Positions 58,901-64,000 of a stretch of DNA of 64,000 nt are shown here, piece after piece. Under the pieces are notes generated by a model. The model made no database searches. It was not told where the DNA came from and saw nothing but the letters and a program-made list of their open reading frames with translations. Position numbers and translations under genes: made by a program. Origin of the DNA: the human T2T-CHM13v2.0 reference genome, Homo sapiens; the NCBI RefSeq assembly GCF_009914755.1, contig NC_060936.1. One strand, written 5' to 3'. The first letter of the stretch is position 1. The number at the start of each line of letters is the position of its first letter.

Positions 58901-61544
58901 TAGACCTAAGAGAGAAAACCTCCTAAGCTTTGCAGTAATACAAGAAATAGCAACAACAAAAAACACTGGTGTATGTATAATTACAGAAACTGTGTCTCCT
59001 CTACAATTAAAAAAAAAATCACATACTTCAAAGGAAGCAGACAGGAAATTATATATGTAAATAATGTATCGAAATTAATAAGAACATCAAGACCTCTAAG
59101 TGAACAAACTAAGATTTATGAGAAGCTAACGTGAAAATGCTTACTGAAAAACGTTATAGCCTAAATTAAGACAATTACTATTTTACATGTTAAATTATTT
59201 AAATTGACATTCCCCCACAACGAATACTTCCTCGTATTAGATATTTTTTTTCCCAGAGCTTCTGTTCTAAGCTCTGGGGTGGCCCATTTTACTGAATATT
59301 GTCTAGTCTTATAAAACAAGTAGATTGAAACATGCCTCACCCAACAGCAAGGCAAAAGAGGTATACACTAGGCAGCAGGAGCCAGAGAAATGCTCAGAGA
59401 TGCTGCCAATTTCAACGTGTCTGCATGCTGTGATCACTGGGTGAATTTCAAGCACACTCCAGGACACACATGGTTTGACCCATATGGGTAACAGCCCAGA
59501 CAAGTGCCATGTTAGCAGATTATTAAAACTGAACCTGTGCTTTCCTCACTTCCCTGCTTGTTTGAAAGAAAACAAAGAAAAAGTGGGACTAACAGGAATG
59601 TCTGTCTTCGGGTCTTCCCATCACCTGGGAACTTGAATTCATTGAGGAAATAGCCTTTACAGAGAAAAATCAATACTTTGGTTATGTCCAACCTTCTTCC
59701 TGGAGATTAAACTTTCTCATCAACTTCTATTTCTTAACTGCTTCATGATTTAGCGTTCTAGCTAGAAGCAGTTAAGTGTCAAAAAATCTTTTTTAAACGT
59801 GACCCTGGAATTGTAAGCAAAGTGGAGGAAGACTGGTAAATCTGGTTCCAGGCAGAGCAGGATGCCCAGGGCAAACATTACAACCCTCTATAATTACCTG
59901 GCACAACAGAATTTTCTAGTGGTGTCTCATTAGGTATTAATGACATGAAATAATTACTGCTAAAGTGACCTTTTTGTCAAGGGAATATAAACAAGAGAAT
60001 CGTTTAACACCAAAATAACACGGTAATAAGTGAAAATTGCATCTTGATAGGATTTGGGCGTGCGGTGAATTCCAAAGCACGATTTCCTTTTTATACTGGC
60101 TTGACTGTAAATGACAAGCGGCAAAGACTGTTTTCAATATGTGGCTTATGCTTCTGCAGTATGTCTTACGAGGTTTGCTTTTAAAAACTCATTGACGAAC
60201 TGTACTTTTATAAAGATTTTTAGTGGTTCTTTGATGCCCAGTTGGTAACAAATACCTTTGCTCATGACTTCCTGAACAGTAAAACCAAAAACTACATAAT
60301 CACATGGTTGGAGGGAATGAACTGGTGTGAAGAGCAGAATCTGGGTGATGCAAACTGCTGAAGGCTGATGGCTTATCTACATCTAACTTGGAAGACATTT
60401 AAATGCATTCATTTATCCTACCTCAAAGAGATTTAGCTGCGGTTGCTGAATTGGTACAGGTGGGGGCACTTATGAAAATGACATTCCTACTATAAAGCCA
60501 ACACTAATTGTTGAATATAGTACCACCCAACGTATGAGCTAAGCATTGAAGCTACTGAATGCTTGTAAAAGTACCTCCTAGTTCTGATTATTTAGCTGCT
60601 GCAGGACTATATAAAAGTTATATATGTAAGGCAGTAACTGGATGAGATCACTATTATTTTTTAACCAAAAAGTTGGCCTCACTTTTCTCAGTCTTTCTTC
60701 AACAGTGCAGCTGTAACATGGATACAAGCCTTTTAGTTTGCAAAGCATTTCTCATGCAATCATCCTCATCCCTCATTTGCAGATGAAGTAACAGAAGGTT
60801 GAGTTGTCTCAATAGCTTTATCTCTGGATTCTGATAATGTTAGGTTCAGAACAACGTATATTTCTAAAATGATGAAGGCAGATTAAAAGCAAGGCCTTTC
60901 CAATTATTCAAATGTTTATTGTAAGCTCTGCCAAGTCCTGGGGTTTAACCATTTTTAATGAGAGATTTTGCAAGGGCAGTATACGAAATATACCCTCGCA
61001 ACTCCTGCTAGAACATGTGGCTTTTCCTAGCTGATGGACCCAAGAAGGGAACAGCATGGTAGATGGTGTGCAGCCAACAGGGACTTGCGTGTGGTGTATC
61101 AGATGCCAAACTCCCGTCACCAGCCTGTGAATCAGGAAAACAGCAGAGAGAGATGTATCTGTCATTTCTAAGAGACATCATAAAGAAACTGGCTGAGACT
61201 GTGTAGAGAAAGGCGGTGGAATATAAGATACAGACTTGTCATTTGTGCTAGAATTGACCACAATCTTACAGCTGAGAGACACCATTAGAGCTCATCGACT
61301 CACAGCAGTTGATTCGGTGTTGTGTGTGTTAGCATGTAAAAACTGATGGGGGAGTGTACTTGTGCCCTGGAGCATGAGAATACCATTTCAGAACAGCTGT
61401 TAGGGGGGTGATCAGGGTGGTAAAATTCTACATCCATTGCACTGACTGGAAGGTAGAGGCCTGGCTACTAATCTAGGGCTATTCAATCCATATACATGCA
61501 CCTCTCAAACAGGTGTAGATAATTTTATACAAAGGCAGGAGAGG

Positions 61545-61589
61545 AAGGGAAAAAAGCCACTCAAAGCTTCAGTAATTCAATAATTTATT
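61545..61589 (-). terminator. Distal cleavage/polyadenylation signal
   Basis: AATAAA at 61589-61584 (minus), followed downstream by U/GU-rich TTTGAGTGGCTTTTTTCCCTT. Confidence 0.75.
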
Positions 61590-64000
61590 CCTCTAAAAAA
61601 GTGTGTAAAAGTATATAGCTCTCATCCACAAGGTATATATGAATGACATTTAAAATGGAGGCCTTTTATTATTGTTTCTTTTTATCAAAGTCTTTTAGTG
61701 TACTGTACCAGCGCTATACTGTAGTTATTTTTTTAAATGAACTTCACATATTTTTGTATTCTTTCAAATTGTTTGCTATATATAAAAGAAGCTCACTGCA
61801 AAATGCTTGAAGGAAAAAAGGAAACAAAAGAAATTCAGAACTTCCCAGAAATGTACAGCTTTTACATTTAAAAAAGGTTCTGAAATATACATACAAGCAT
61901 GCTGGACAATCCCACCCTTTTCCCCTCCCCATTTCCCCTTTTTTTGTTCAAACCATGGTAAGAGTTCTGATTTCTGCAGAATTTCCAAAATTAAAAATAA
62001 AAAAAAATAAAATAACTTCTCACTCTGTAGCAAATCCAGGGCTTGTACATTTCAGATTAATTCAGTAAAAAACTCACAAGTAAAATAATGCATATTTAAG
62101 GGAAATATTATACAGACTTTTTCACACAGAAGTACATAATAAGATTTTTTAAAATCTATTGCCATTCATTTATTTTTGCACAAAAACGTATAAATATGTC
62201 ACCAGCTTTTCTTAACTTAAAAAACTTAAATAAAAGACACCAGATGAAAACTACCCTTTGCTGCCATTTTTTTTTAAGTTTTTTTGTAGGGGTTTTTTAT
62301 TTTTTGTGTTTTTTTTCTTTTTCTGCTTAGAATTGGGTTTCTAGGGAAGAAAAGCCCCTGCATTAAAAACAGCCCATTTAAAAAAAAAATTCAAAGTTCT
62401 GATGAATTCCGGGAAAAAAGCAACCCCAAAGTGGTAAAAGATTACAAATATCTACTTTACAATTTGTCTTCTCACCAAGATAATTTTATACAAGTTTACA
62501 ATCTTCATCTTCTTATGCTCTTCAAAAGGCCTTGAGAATTTTCCTTTCTGATTAAGAAAAAATAGCACTGCAATATTTTTAAAGTCAATTTTACACTGTA
62601 CACATTAGATACAAATGGTTTGATATATCAGATTTTTTATCCTATACATTGCGAAAGTCAACCCCCCCTTCAACTGGTGGTACAGAGAACAAAATTATCC
62701 ATTTACAAGTTATTTCTCTGCTTTCACATTCCCACCACACAACTTTTTTTTTAATATAATGTTTTAAACTTTAGATTATTTCAAGAAAAATACTTTTACA
62801 AAATCATATCAATTATTACATTTTTCCTTTTTTGTTAATAACCAGGACATGGAAGTCTCTTGGAAGAACTTTTAAAATTTGCATGATTCTCTCCACAGAT
62901 GACAAGAGCTCAAAGGCCTGGTCACAGTGGCTCCCGGGAGGCCAGTACACACCCACTGTCCTCAGACAGAAACACACAACACAAGGGTTAGAAACAGGGT
63001 TTCAAAGACAACCCTCTGGGCCAGGAATGAGGAGTCATAAAATACTTCAATTAGCCATTAATGCTTTAAAAAGGCATTTTTTTAAAAAGTCCCACCACAA
63101 AGGCTCAACTTCAAGTACTAATTTAATGGTTAAGTTGTAATATTTCTTTGAAATAATATTCCTATGGTCCAGAAAAAATTCACCATATTTATAACTGATT
63201 TCATGAGCAAACACTTTCAATTGTTGTATGTACATAAGTCCCTTTTGATCTAATGAGAGGAGAGACCTGGCTTCCAATAAGAATTCACTAGAAAATATAT
63301 TTCCGTTGTGACTATATAAAACTAATTAAGGTACTTGCCTCCATGGCTCTGAGTTGAGCTTGACTGCCTTCTGTATAAAAATGTTATCCTTCATGAAATG
63401 CTGGCCACTTAACATGGCAGAACTTTTAAAATCCAGTTTGTTGTTAACAAAACCTACTGCTGGGTGGTTTTGAATATATTACTTTTAGGCATGATCTCCC
63501 CAATGTGTTTTTACTCCTTTTCCGGCTTCTAGGACAGAGGTATGTAGTCAAAGAATCCTATGGTGGATCTGAATTGGGTTTCAGCTACTGTACCTGGTCC
63601 TTGTGAATTAAAAAAATAAAGTCACAAAAACCATATGACAAAACAAATTAAAATAAATAAACAAAATGAAGCTGTCTCCAGACCTTCTGCATTGACACAC
63701 AGGTTTGAAGTCAACCAAAGCACTCATGCTAATCTGGATGGGAACACTAGGGAGACAGAAACCCCAGTATGAAACCATGTACTTGAGCTGGTTCTTATTT
63801 TTAAAAAGTCCCAGATTATGGAGTTCAGGTAACCCACAGGCCATACACCAGTAACTAAGAGGATTTCATCCAAAGGGCTAGACTGCCCTCAATTGTATAC
63901 AGAGGCTGAAAACACAGACTCTTGTGCAAAAGGACACTGTCTCTTCTGTTTCCCGCTGAAAAGCCATCAACCACCACCACTTCCTGGGGACCAGTGGTTG
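61570..64000 (-). other. MED13L: Distal 3' UTR (terminal exon) of a minus-strand protein-coding gene, probably MED13L; stop codon lies beyond the window
   Basis: Repeat-free AU-rich tract with several AATAAA, TGTA motifs and miRNA seeds on the minus strand. Gene identity rests on my recall of the UTR sequence and of a CpG island ~41 kb downstream; confirm by BLAT. Confidence 0.7.

Overview
Primate (very likely human) genomic DNA, about half interspersed repeats: ~30 Alu elements or monomers (J, S and Y subfamilies), L1PB/L1MA/L1MB/L1MC/L1ME fragments, L2, MIR, ERVL and MaLR LTR elements, and hAT/Tigger DNA-transposon relics. No protein-coding exon is supportable. The last ~2.4 kb (61570-64000) is the distal 3' UTR and poly(A) region of a minus-strand gene, which I recognise from memory (not verified by search) as MED13L on 12q24.21. 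A small orphan CpG island at ~19.9-20.45 kb ends in a strong minus-strand splice donor. With a clean 94-nt candidate exon at 12013-12106, this suggests a minus-strand spliced lncRNA running off the left edge through a 36-bp VNTR. I found no convincing new biological system. The most interesting oddities are structural: two locally templated insertions inside L1 elements, repeated Alu insertion at the same target sites, a CpG-preserved THE1 LTR, an LTR41-borne CTCF motif, an inverted-MIR hairpin and clustered non-B DNA motifs. Repeat subfamily calls and boundaries come from visual recognition and are approximate.
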